Part shown: positions 52,401-64,000 of the stretch, piece by piece
Numbering within the stretch: position 1 is the first letter of the stretch
Layout of the letters: each line of letters begins with the position of its first letter
Assembly (NCBI RefSeq): GCF_006345805.1
Contig: NC_042998.1
Span: 47,988,001-48,052,000, forward strand
Length of the DNA stretch: 64,000 bases
Direction of reading: 5' to 3'
Source of the DNA: Octopus sinensis
Taxonomy: Eukaryota
Program-made: the position numbers and the translations under genes
The notes under the pieces: model-generated
What the model saw: only the letters and a program-made list of their open reading frames with translations
Told to the model about the DNA's origin: nothing
The model's database searches: none

Positions 52401-52919
52401 AACTACCACCAGCACAACCACCAGCAGCAGAAGCACCACCACCACCACCACCACCACCACTACAATAACACCCCCCAGCCGTCCTGTTCCCTAACAGCAT
52501 GATATAATCACGTGGACAACGTCCAACGGATCATTTTATTACGTATTTATTTCGTCTGCCTCAAAAAATCCCTCTCTCCATATATTTTATAATCTTCCCC
52601 ACTATTTCTTGCTCATTCTTTCATCCTTTCTTTCTCCGCTTTTTCTCTTTCTCATTCTCTCTCCCTGTCTCTCTCTCTCTCTCTCTCTCTCCCTCTCTCG
52701 CTTTTTTTTTTCATTATTATTCTTTCTCTCTCTCTCTGTTCCCTCTTTCCTTCTTGTTTCACCCAATTTCTGTCTGGTTCTCTCTCTCTCTCATTCTACC
52801 TGCCTGTCTGTCTGTCTGACTCTCTATCTCTCTCTGACGCTTTCGCTCTCTCTCTCTCTCTCCTACGCGAACTCACTCAGACACCTACACACACACACCA
52901 CACCTATATGTATGTATTC

Positions 52920-52948
52920 ATATACATATGGGTGTGTGTGAATATATA

Positions 52949-52995
<47 letters not shown>

Positions 52996-53434
52996 ACACA
53001 CATATATGTATACACACACGCACACATATATATATATACATACATAGATATAGATAGATACGAATATATATATTAAATATAGATACATATATATATCTAC
53101 ACACACACATATATATGTATGTATATACATATATACACACACACATACAAACACACACACATACACACACACACACATATATATATACACGCACACATAG
53201 ACACCTATATACTTATATAAAGATAAATAACTATTTATATGTATGTATGTATGCATTCATACACACATACATGCATACATACATACATACATCATACATA
53301 CATACATACATACATATATACATACATACACATATATATACACATACATAGATACCTATATGCTTATATATATATGTGTGTATATATATATATATACTTA
53401 TATATGTATATATGTATATATGTATCGTATATAC

Positions 53435-53465
<31 letters not shown>

Positions 53466-53852
53466 TGCATGTATGTATGTATTATGTATGTATGTGTGTA
53501 TGTATGTATGTGTGTATGTATGTATGTGTGTATGTATGTATGTATGTATGTATGTATGTATGTATGTATTATGTATGTATGCATGTATGTATGTGTGTAT
53601 GTATGTATGTGTGTATGTATGTATGTATGTATGTATGTATGTATGTGTGTATGTATGTATGTATGTATGTATGTATGTGTGTATGTATGTATGTGTGTAT
53701 GTATGTATGTATGTATGTATTCATGCATGTATGTATGTATGTATGTATGTGTGTATGTATGTACCGAAAGAGCAACAGATTTACATAATTAGAACATCAG
53801 ATAGATTTACACACAAGAACACATATGAACAAGTGTCTATACATGGATTTAC

Positions 53853-53891
<39 letters not shown>

Positions 53892-54065
53892 CGTATGCCT
53901 TTGTGTGTATTTATAGTTTATGTAAGGTTTATATCATATATGCATGTGTGTATATATATATATATATATATATGTATATGTGTAAGTATATTCATATGTG
54001 CGTCTATTCCACCTTATATCAATCATTCATTTTTATTCCTTTATTACTTTATTACTGTCTGTCTT

Positions 54066-54106
<41 letters not shown>

Positions 54107-54174
54107 CCTCTCTCTACCCTCTCTATCTCTCTATCTCTCCATGTCTGTCTGTCTCCCCTCCTTTCTCTCTCTCA

Positions 54175-54212
<38 letters not shown>

Positions 54213-54610
54213 AACCCCCTCTCTCTACCCTCTCTCTCTACCCTCTCTCTCTACCCTCTCTCTCTCTCAATCTCTCCATGTCTGTCTGTCTCCCCTCCTT
54301 TCTCTCTCTCTCTCTCTCTCTCTCACTTACTCTCTCTCTTTCTCATTCTAGCTTACCAGCAGCCTTTCGGTTTCTCATTCCCTCACAAGATCTCTCGAAG
54401 CAACATCTCTCTGCTTTTTCCCCGCCTGTCTCTCTTTGTCTTTCCTCTCCTCCATCTCACCCTGACTCCTCTTCTCTCTTTCTCCTCTCTTTTACTCTAT
54501 CCCTACCACTCTTTGACCCTCTTATTTTCCTCTCATACCATCACTCATTTACTCTCACCTCCCGCTAATGCAATTTATTACTTGCCCTTCACTCATTCAC
54601 CTCTGCACTG

Positions 54611-54647
<37 letters not shown>

Positions 54648-54830
54648 TCACTCTCTCTCTATGACCTCTCAGTCTCTCGCTCACCATCTTTCTCTCTCTC
54701 TCTCCCTCTCTCCTTCTCTCTATATTCTGTCTCTCTGACTTTCTCTGTCTCTGAGTCTTTCTCCCCTTCGTCCAACTTTGTATCTCACTCGTCAGATATC
54801 CGTCCATCACACTTTCTGTATGTCCACAAT

Positions 54831-54915
<85 letters not shown>

Positions 54916-55061
54916 CTCTCTCTCTCTCTCTCGCTCTCTCCGTATATGTGTATACACGTCTGTGTGTGTAATTTACATATGTATATATCTATATATCTAC
55001 ATATATATATATATGTATATATATATATACATAAATATATACACACATACATATCTACATT

Positions 55062-55108
<47 letters not shown>

Positions 55109-55145
55109 TATATATACATAAATATATACACACATACATATCTAC

Positions 55146-55184
<39 letters not shown>

Positions 55185-55260
55185 TATATATATATATCTA
55201 TATATATATATATATATATAGATATATATATATATATACATATATATATTACAGTGTCTG
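52920..55260. repeat. Compound (TA)n/(CA)n/(TATG)n/(CT)n/(ATCT)n microsatellite field
   Basis: Directly visible. Confidence 0.95.
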
Positions 55261-55386
55261 TCCATTTATCAGACTGTCTATCTTAACACTACTATTCTCT
55301 GTAACTCGTTCTAATTCCTATTTCCTCGTTCAAACACTTCCTACTACTCCTCGCATTTATGTCTATATCTTTCTGTATTTCTTTCA

Positions 55387-55420
<34 letters not shown>

Positions 55421-55596
55421 CATATATCTTTCTTTCTCTCTTTCTCTCTCCCTCTCTTTCTTCAAGTCTCTCTTCCTCGCATACACACACATACACACAC
55501 ACACACACACACACGGCTGTAAAACTTAACATATCCTCTCTAACTGCTACTTCTTCCCCTCTTCCGTCTCCTCCTCGTCTTATTCACCTCTTCTTA

Positions 55597-55627
<31 letters not shown>

Positions 55628-56999
55628 CCATCATCATCGTCTCCTTCTTCTTCTTCTTCTTCTTCTTCTTCTTCTTCTTCTTCTTCTTCTTCTTCTTCTT
55701 CTTCTTCTTCTTCTTCTTCTTCTTCTTCTTCTTCTTCTTCTTCTTTTTCTTCTGTCAACTCCTTCGTCGCTGTCGACGTCTTCTTTTCTGATCCATTCCT
55801 TTTTAAACATTTTCACATGTTTCTTTCTTTTCTCCGTTTCCGCCGCCGCCGCCGCCACCACCACCACCACCACCACCAACACCAACACCAACACCACCAC
55901 CAACACCACCACCAACACCAACACCAACACCAACACCACCACCTTCTTTCGGAGGAGACATCTGCACTTCCATTTCTCCCTCCTTCTCTTCAATTCTCCT
56001 GCATTTCCCCCCCCCCCCTTATTCAATTCTGCACCCAACAATCTATTTAGACGTAGTATCCATCAAAATTCACATTTCCCCTTTCTTCATTGCTATTATT
56101 GTCTTTGAAACGTAAATTTTTTTTCTCTTGGTTATTTCTTGCTTCGTTTTTTTTTTGTTTTTTTTTTTCACCAGCCAACTAACCACGTGACATCTTCCCA
56201 CTTCTTCCATTTTCTCTTTCTCCTCTTCCTTTACCCTTTCATCCCACCCGCAGTTATATTTACGCAGTTTTACAATTCGCTTTTTTCCATTCCATCTCCT
56301 ACCCTAAGTTCTTTCCTCAATTCTTTCCCAGTGCTGTTTGTTCCTTTTATCACTGTTTAGTCCCATAGGTTAGAACTAGGGTCAAAGATGTTCCAGCAGT
56401 GACTGTCACGTCCTTTTTATTTTTTCAAGAATTATGTATATCACGGACTAAACCAGAGCCTGTCAGAATCGTAATCGTGTTGGACAAATTGCTGAGCGGC
56501 TTTCCTTTCAGATCTTTACGTTCTGAGTTCAAACACCACCGCACTTAAGTTTGCCTTTCATTCTTTCGAGGACGATAAAATAAGTACCAGTTGAACACTT
56601 GAATGGATGTAGTCGACATTTTCCTCCCCATAAATTTGCTGACCTTGTGCCAAAATTAAAAAAGGTTATGTACATCGAGGACTCTATTATTTTATCTGCT
56701 GTTCTCCCTTTTCTAAAAGACAGTTCTATGTAGTTTGTGGGATATCTAGATGCAATATCTATCTGGCAGGTCAAGCGCTTGGCTTGTGTATTAATATTGA
56801 TTTCCGGGATCTTAAACATCAAGCAAAGAATAAGTTGTTGCATAGCTAATAGGGCGAAGCCATTTCAGTTCTTTGTTGGTTCTCTTCCACCATGTTCCTA
56901 AGAGATAGAAAGAAAAGTCTGCCTGTGAGTCTTAGACGTATTATCCTCATATTTCCTCCCAACGAAATATATTGATTGGATGCTCCAACAAATGAAACC

Positions 57000-57215
57000 T
57001 ATATGACTTCAAATTTTGGCACAAGACCAGAAGTTTTGGAGAAGGAATAAGTCGATTACATCGACCCCAGTGCTCAAAGTGTACGTATTTTATCGACCCT
57101 AAAAGAATGAAAGATAAAGTGGACCTCGGCGGAATTTGAACTCAGAACGTAAAGACGGACGAAATGCCGCTAAGCATTTTGCCCGGCGTGCTAACGATCC
57201 TGCTCGCTCGCCACC
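57000..57215 (-). mobile_element. SINE family A, tail type 2
   Basis: Reverse complement of the 43328-43545 type. Confidence 0.8.
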
Positions 57216-57404
57216 TTAAATGAAGCCTTTATTACTGGTATTGATAGCATTATTATTTGCAATTGTTCTCGCCGCTGCCACCGCCGCCGCCACCGCCGTC
57301 GCCATCGCTGTCTTTGTCGTCGTTGTCGTCATCATCAACAACAAAGTCAGCATGTGACATACATTGGCTCGTGCAGCATACGTTGATGATATGTTGTTGG
57401 CGTT

Positions 57405-57638
57405 TAAGGCGGCGAGCTGGCAGAAACGTTAGCACGCCGGGCGAAATGCGTACACGTACTTCGTCTGCCGCTACGTTCTGAGTTCAAATTCCGCCGAGGT
57501 TGACTTTGCCTTTCATCCTTTCGGGGTCGATAAATTAAGTACCAGTTACGCACTGGGGTCGATGTAATCGACTTAATCCGTTTGTCTGTCCTTGTTTGTC
57601 CTCTCTGTGTTTAGCCCCTTGTGGGTAGTAAAGAAATA
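57405..57638 (+). mobile_element. SINE family A, tail type 1, full length
   Basis: 17-bp TSD GATA(T/C)GTTGTTGGCGTT at 57388-57404 and 57639-57655. Confidence 0.9.
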
Positions 57639-58368
57639 GATACGTTGTTGGCGTTACACAACAATAACAACTACAACAAAAATAACAACCTAGCACTAAA
57701 GAGCAACAACAACTACAAAATAACAACTTTTTAGCATAATGAGCTTGCGACTAGATTTCAAAAACAAGTTCTTGGAAATAAAGTATGAATGTCCCCCATT
57801 CCTTCTCCTACCCAGACCTTCGATAATGTTTCTGTGGCACAACAGCTGAAGAGTCAGTTTATATGCTTATGAAAGAAGCCATTCTTTGCAACAGACGTTT
57901 TGAAAGCCAGATAAGATATAATTTATGATAGCCGACATCTTGGATGAAAAGCAAAATTCGGAATGGAATTTACCTTTCATCTCTAGTAAAATGGAAATCG
58001 GTTATATTTCGTAGACTTAAACTGTTGCCCAGTGGGACATCGAAGTTGAATGGTCTTTTGTGGGATCGTTGGATCGAATTCCTGGCAGTATTTGTTCCAA
58101 CTATCTACACTCTGAGTTCAAATCCTGCCGAGGTCAACTTTGCTTTCTTCCATTTGGGGTCGATTAAAGCTGTTTCAGTCCAAGTCATTGGGTTGGTGAA
58201 AATGTTAGTGAGATTGACTCTGGTGCCACGTGCTATCTCTCCCAAACCTTTGCGTTTTCAGGGCAACACATGTAACAATACTACGCCATATAAGATTTTT
58301 TGGGGCTCCATGCAAGCAAAGAAGTACATTGCAGTAGTATATTAAGGGTTCATTTTGCTTTTGATGTA

Positions 58369-58862
58369 CCGTAAATCCACAATTTTTTCCCAAAATTTAA
58401 AGGTCAAAATCCCTAGTGCGTACTATATACGAGGTTAAAAATGAAAAATATTCTCTAAGCAATGTCCGAGTCTCTATTTGCTATCCGGCAATGTTTATTC
58501 AGACGCATTTTGTGATGTCGGACGCAAAAATACCTTCAGCTAAGCCTGAAAGCAATGAAGAGTCATAAAAGAATCATCCATAACTTGCAGTAAGCAACAT
58601 TTATTAAAATAAAAGTATTCAAAACACAGAATAACATGTAACAAAAACAATTTGCAAACATATTTACATTCCCATATAACAGTTAAGAACATCACCATTA
58701 TTGTATTACGCATGCGCAAAAGTGTTTGTTCGACTAGGTGCTGCTGGCTTAATTACGCACGACTCAAGTTAGAGATGGGGTGCGTATTATACACAAGGTT
58801 TAGGTTTTTCAGAAGTACAGCCCCCTAAAAATCTCCTGCATATTATACTCAAAGATTTACGG
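58369..58862. mobile_element. Second copy of the Tc2/pogo-like MITE, opposite orientation
   Basis: Reverse-complement match to 15881-16391; TA-flanked; an extra TIR-like copy follows at 58863-58883. Confidence 0.8.
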
Positions 58863-59844
58863 TATACTCGAAGGTTTACGCTATCTATTGCAAGAAACAA
58901 CTAGATTTCCATACCAAATTCACTCACAAGGCATTGGTCGGTCCGGGGTTATAGGAGAAGACATCTGCCCCAGGTGACGTACTGTGGGAATGAACCCGAA
59001 AATATGTGATTATAAAAATGTGCTTCTTAACCACACAACTAGAAATACAATATTTTGTTGTTATCCGGATTGATTCAAATACAAAAGTACACGTGCGTTA
59101 GACGAAGACGGTAATTGCAGTGATGACGTCAATAGTACATTGCTCTCTTCTTCAGCAACGGTTTTTTTGCTGTATTTGGATGTGCTTAAAAATGGGATGG
59201 ACAGCCACTTTTCGTCGAAGATTCTAATCTCGAAATACTTGAAGTTTCCGTAAATATATATTTGCCGAAGTCATCCCGTTACCTCTTCTTATAGTTAATA
59301 GAATGATCTTCATTTTGGTTTCTGACTTCAACGAAATAATATCTGTATATAAATGTCAATACTAACTAAAATGAACAGAGAGTGCTTACACAATCTCATG
59401 ATAGCTGAGATTTTGTTGTCCAGCTGGTATTAGTATTATTGGTGTTGCTGTGAACACCGTCGGCCATAATCGCTGAAGCAAAATTCCAAGCGCCCATAAA
59501 CTCTCACCCACCCTCTGTCTCTCTCACTCTCTCTCTTTCTCTCTTTATTCCTATCCGCAGTATAATACTATGTTCTTAAGCATAGTGATGTTTGTCATAG
59601 GCACACATACATACATACATGCACACATAGATGCATACATACATATATACATATATACAAACATACAAACACGCATACATAGAAGGCAGGACAGAAGGAT
59701 ATATGGATGGATGGATGGATGGATGGATGGATAGATGGATGGACATGAAGAAAGAAAATAGATAGAGAGATTTTATAGATAGATAGACTAACAGACAGAT
59801 CGACAAACAAATAGACAAACAAATGGACAGATAGACAAATAGAT

Positions 59845-59852
59845 AGACAGGC

Positions 59853-59938
<86 letters not shown>

Positions 59939-60075
59939 GTTTCTTTATTGGCCACACAGGGCTGCACACAGATGGGACAAGTTACAAGGTAGAGCTTTTC
60001 TTTTGGGGGATGAAAAAAACAAAAAACAAAAGAAAAAAGGGGTGGCGTAGGTTTTCGATCAAGAGGGGTCGTAAA
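59845..60075 (-). mobile_element. Putative LINE 3' UTR with (ATCT)n tail
   Basis: Minus strand: ..CTCTACCTTGTAACTTGTCCCATCTGTGTGCAGCCCTGTGTGGCCAATAAAGAAAC-TT(ATCT)n; no ORF evidence. Confidence 0.5.
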
Positions 60076-60292
60076 AGGGAAGAAAAGAACAAAAAAAAAT
60101 AAATAAAAAATAAATAAATAAATAAAATAAAAAATAAAAAGAATAAAAAGAAAAAAAGAAAAGGAAATAGAAAGATAGATAAACGGACGGACAAACGGAC
60201 AGGCAGTCAGGAAGACAGACAGACAGACAAACAGATTGACTGGTGAGCAGGCAGACAGGCAAGCATGTAGGCAAGCAGGCAGGCAGGCAGGC

Positions 60293-60368
<76 letters not shown>

Positions 60369-60689
60369 CCATCACTCGCAATCGAGATGACGTAATATCA
60401 GTAAGTACCATGTCTAACATTTAATATAAACTACACACACACACGTCGGCAAGTAAGCATACGTATACTTCCTTGAGTATACGTTGTCGCTGGTGTTATT
60501 GTTTCGCACCATGCTTGACCATAGTCTAGACGACTTCCGACGAAAGCATTCATCATTTTCGGACATAGCTACATTATCCAATGTGTGTCTATTTCTTTAG
60601 ACAGATGGTGTAGCTTCAGGGAGGTTTCGCGGGTATTTCTATCACAGAGAAGGCCACGCGTTATCTCGTATGTGCGTTCGCTTTACTCT

Positions 60690-60935
60690 CTTTTACTCTT
60701 TTACTTGCTTCTGTCATTTGACAGGGGGGGGGGGGGCAAACACAGACACAAACACACACACAGACATACATGAACGTATATATACGACTGGCTTCTTTCA
60801 GTTTCCGTCTACCAAATCCACTCAGAAGGCTTTGGCCGGCCCGAGGCTATAGTAGAAGACACTTGCCCAAGGTGCCACGCAGTGGGTCTGAACTCAGAAC
60901 CATGTGGTTGGTAAGCAAGCTACTTACCACACAGT
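60690..60935 (-). mobile_element. SINE family C with an internal deletion
   Basis: The head half matches 33040-33197; most of the 3' half is missing. Confidence 0.75.
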
Positions 60936-60964
60936 CACTCATCAACTTTATCTCATATCCGAGT

Positions 60965-61780
60965 ATTTATTTTCTTCTTTGCTGAACGCTTCCTTTATGG
61001 TGATACTGTTGATGACTGTAGACCAATCCTTGCATAGAAGAGTCGATGGCATTGACTGCATAACAATGTTGGTAGAAGACGAGGCTGATTTTGTCGAACC
61101 TTTTTATCGTTTGATTTTTTTCATTTTCTCTTCTGGTAGCTTCTAACTTTTTGGTTCCCATGGTGATGGAACACCTATTTCTTTATTGCCCACAAGGGGC
61201 TAAACACAGAGGGGACAAACAAGGACAGACATAGGTATTAAGTCGATTACATCGACCCCAGTGCGTAACTGGTACTTAATTTATCGACCCCGAAAGGATG
61301 AAAGGCAAAGTCGACCTCGGTGGAATTTGAACTCACAACGTAACGGCAGCCGAAATACCGCGAAGCATTTCGCCCGGCGTGCTAACGCTTCTGCCAGCTC
61401 GCCGCCGTTGGTGATGGAACACCGCTACTTGGTACGGTCTCAGGCTTGTGTTTCAAACGACCTAGGCTCAATCCCAGTGGTTTTCAGTGTTGCTTTGAGT
61501 TGTTCCTTGTATCTTCGAAGTGGGCAATCCCGTGGTCTTTTTCTTGAAGTAAACTCGCTAAATAAGACTTAGCGTGGGAAATTTGATTCTTTCATTCTTG
61601 CTACATGTCCTGACGATCGAAGATAGCGTTTCATGATCAGCGATTCGATACTTGTTCGCTCTTTTCAGAACTTTATTGTTGTTCCCATTTGACGCTCAAG
61701 ATTGAACGAAGCTATTGTTGGTGTCGCGACGATGTAGAATCCAGGTTTCGCAGTCATATAGCATTAATTTTTGTCTATAA
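60965..61780 (-). mobile_element. RTE-clade LINE 3' fragment interrupted by a SINE
   Basis: Minus-strand LYDCETWILHRR..VLKRA..SIESLIMKRYLRSSGHVARM..VLFSEF..RRYKEQLKATLK..DR, then CSQCHRLFYARIGLQS; matches the RTE C-terminal signature. Confidence 0.85.
61176..61408 (-). mobile_element. SINE family A, tail type 1
   Basis: 15-bp TSD TGGTGATGGAACACC at 61161-61175 and 61409-61423. Confidence 0.9.
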
Positions 61781-62418
61781 CAGTAGTTCTCAACCGGGGT
61801 CCATAACAGATTGTGGGGGCTTCGTGCAACAAAATAGTAAATTAGAAATACACAATAGTTTTTTAAGGGCCCCTGAAAAAAACTTGTTTTAGATGTATGT
61901 ATTGATATGCATTGCAAGAAACAGTTCAGGTTCTGTCTCTGACATTTTACATAAAAAAGTAATAAATGCGCCCTTTTTAAAGCCTAGCCTCATGAGCCCG
62001 GTTTCCCGGTTTCTATGGCGTATGTGTTTCCCAGCTTCCGGTTTCAGTGGCGTAGAAATTCCCCACCTGGACGGGACGCCAGTCCATTGCAGCGTTACTC
62101 ATTTTTGCCAGCTGAGTGGACTGGAGCAACGTGAAATGAAGTGTTTTACTCAAGAGCACAACGCGTCGCCCGGTCCAGGAATCGAAACCACAATCTTACG
62201 ATCATGATGCTGATACCCTAACCACTAAGCCACGCGCCTCCACGACATTTTACATAGGTCAACCTCTAAACAAGTTAATGTGTGAAAAACAAAATAAGAA
62301 TTTTGAAAGACGATTCTTTAAAACTAGTTTTAAAACATGGAATGGTTATGTGGGGGTCCACCGGAATAAAATAGTAATCAGAGGAATCTATAGATAAAGA
62401 CATGGTTGAGAACCCCAG
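61781..62418. mobile_element. hAT (Charlie-like) MITE hosting a SINE
   Basis: TIRs CAGTAGTTCTCAACC / GGTTGAGAACCCCAG; left flank GTCTATAA is close to the NTCTAGAN target. Confidence 0.65.
61954..62243 (-). mobile_element. SINE family B, full length
   Basis: 13-bp TSD GACATTTTACATA at 61941-61953 and 62244-62256. Confidence 0.9.
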
Positions 62419-63307
62419 TATGTATGTGTCTGTGTGCGTGTGAATGTGTGTGTGTGTATGTGTGGGGGGAAGCATGAGTGTGTGTGTGTGTGTGTGTGGC
62501 GTATGAGCCTGTGTGTGGCGTATGAGCCTGTGTGTGGCGTATGAGCCTGTGTGTGGAGTTTGAATGTGTGTGTGTGTGTGTGTGTGTGTATGTTTGCGTA
62601 TGTGCGTGCATGCGCGTACCTGAATTCGCTTCAATTTTTTCAATGTCCATATATAGTCAATGAGCGTCTAATGAGAAAAAAAGAAGATGAACTCAAGAAC
62701 ATCACACACGACTACCGCAAATTTTTTCCATTCTTTCCGCGGCTATACCTGCCGTCATTATCTGCCACTATCATTATTATTATCATCATCATCATCATCA
62801 CCAACTTCGTTTACTAAGATAACCATCACCACTTCTTAATGCAATGATGTGATAAATACTAATGATGATGGTAAAATGATCATGCTAACCGCCGCCACCA
62901 CCACCACAACCACCACCACTACCATCATCATCATCATAATCATTATACACCACACAGTTACTATTACGACTATAATTATCTTTCGTAGGCATCAAGCAAA
63001 AGATGGCAATGTTTTCATTGTTTACAAACATACTTTATTACCACCGACGTTGTGAAACTCCACGAAGTTAGAATGATTACATATATGCAATGTGTATCGG
63101 ATAGCGGAATGTCAGAAGTTTCATAAATTGTAAATCAAGCTAAATGAAACAGATTCCTGCAAAATATAAGCAGAAGTAATACTGCACACAATAGCATCAC
63201 TATTACTTTCCCAAACTAACGCTCTTAGGGAAAATCTTTGTTACAACATAGGTCCCTTTGATTTCTCCCACTGTTGACGCTTCTTGTGACGTTGACTTCT
63301 TATTCGC

Positions 63308-63338
<31 letters not shown>

Positions 63339-63370
63339 AAATATATATATATATATAAAATATATATATA

Positions 63371-64000
63371 CAGTTGCGGCCAAAATGTTCAGAACGGCAT
63401 TGTTTTCGTAAGAAAAGTAGGTATAAGTTTTTATCAAAGTTGTTTTATATTCTATAATTTTTGCAGACAATAAATACGATATTATTTGTTAATGTCTGAG
63501 ATTTTGGTGTAATTTGAGAGGATAATAAAAAAGTTATGGATGATTTAGTGATTTACTGCAAAACCCATGGCGGCCAAAATGATCAGAACGGTTGCTTTTA
63601 CTCCATGTTTTAGTATATTTAACCGTCGAACTCTAATGTTTTGAATTTGTTTACGAGACAGTTCGTTTACTAAACATTAGTAAGAATATCTGCAGTGTAC
63701 TTTGTTAATATAATGCCACTTACTCCGTTACCAATTCGTCAGCAGATTATTAAGCTTCAAAAGAAGGATAATTTAAGTATTAGGTCTATTGCAAAGATTG
63801 TTAACAAGTCAAAAAGTGTTGTTCACGGTATTCTTAAGGTCTACGATGATTGCGGTTCGTGTGAAGCAAGAAAGTCTACAGGTAGGCCAAGAAAAACGAC
63901 CAGGAGAGAAGATCGTGCTATGATAAAGTTAGTTAAAAAGGACAGATTTAAAACTGCTGCTGCCGTTTTTCGGAAAATGAGCATTGTACTGAAGAAAACT
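63371..64000 (+). mobile_element. Tc1-family transposon 5' end (IR/DR type)
   Basis: TA|CAGTTGCGGCCAAAATGTTCAGAACGG, with an inner direct repeat at 63569-63591, precedes the transposase ORF. Confidence 0.85.
63713..64000 (+). CDS. Tc1 transposase N-terminus (paired-like HTH), open to the window end
   Basis: 96 stop-free codons: MPLTPLPIRQQIIKLQKKDNLSIRSIAKIVNKSKSVVHGILK..STGRPRKTTRREDRAMIKLVKKDRFKTA; GRPR motif present. Confidence 0.88.
   Translation, partial: MPLTPLPIRQQIIKLQKKDNLSIRSIAKIVNKSKSVVHGILKVYDDCGSCEARKSTGRPRKTTRREDRAMIKLVKKDRFKTAAAVFRKMSIVLKKT

Overview
This is AT-rich eukaryotic genomic DNA dominated by microsatellites ((TA)n, (TACA)n, (CA)n, (GA)n, (ATCT)n, (GAT)n, (ACC)n, (AAG)n) and decayed transposons. 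The SINE, Helitron and MITE families resemble those I recognise from octopus genomes; this assignment is by recognition only, no search was run. No complete protein-coding gene is supportable, and almost every ORF in the track is a translated microsatellite. Supported features: three tRNA-headed SINE families (several copies with clean target-site duplications), four non-autonomous Helitrons, a decayed mariner, the 5' end of an IR/DR-type Tc1 element with an open transposase frame running off the window, several MITEs, and fragments of R4/Dong, CR1-like, RTE and Penelope-like retroelements. The best find is a type I hammerhead ribozyme with an intact catalytic core at 26301-26362, about 630 bp upstream of a Penelope GIY-YIG fragment, plus three variant hammerheads elsewhere. 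Hammerheads in Penelope-like elements are a known association, not a new class. Other notable items are a tandem array built from a SINE core, SINE/LINE pairs with shared 3' tails, a nested hairpin, and a few unassigned candidate exons.
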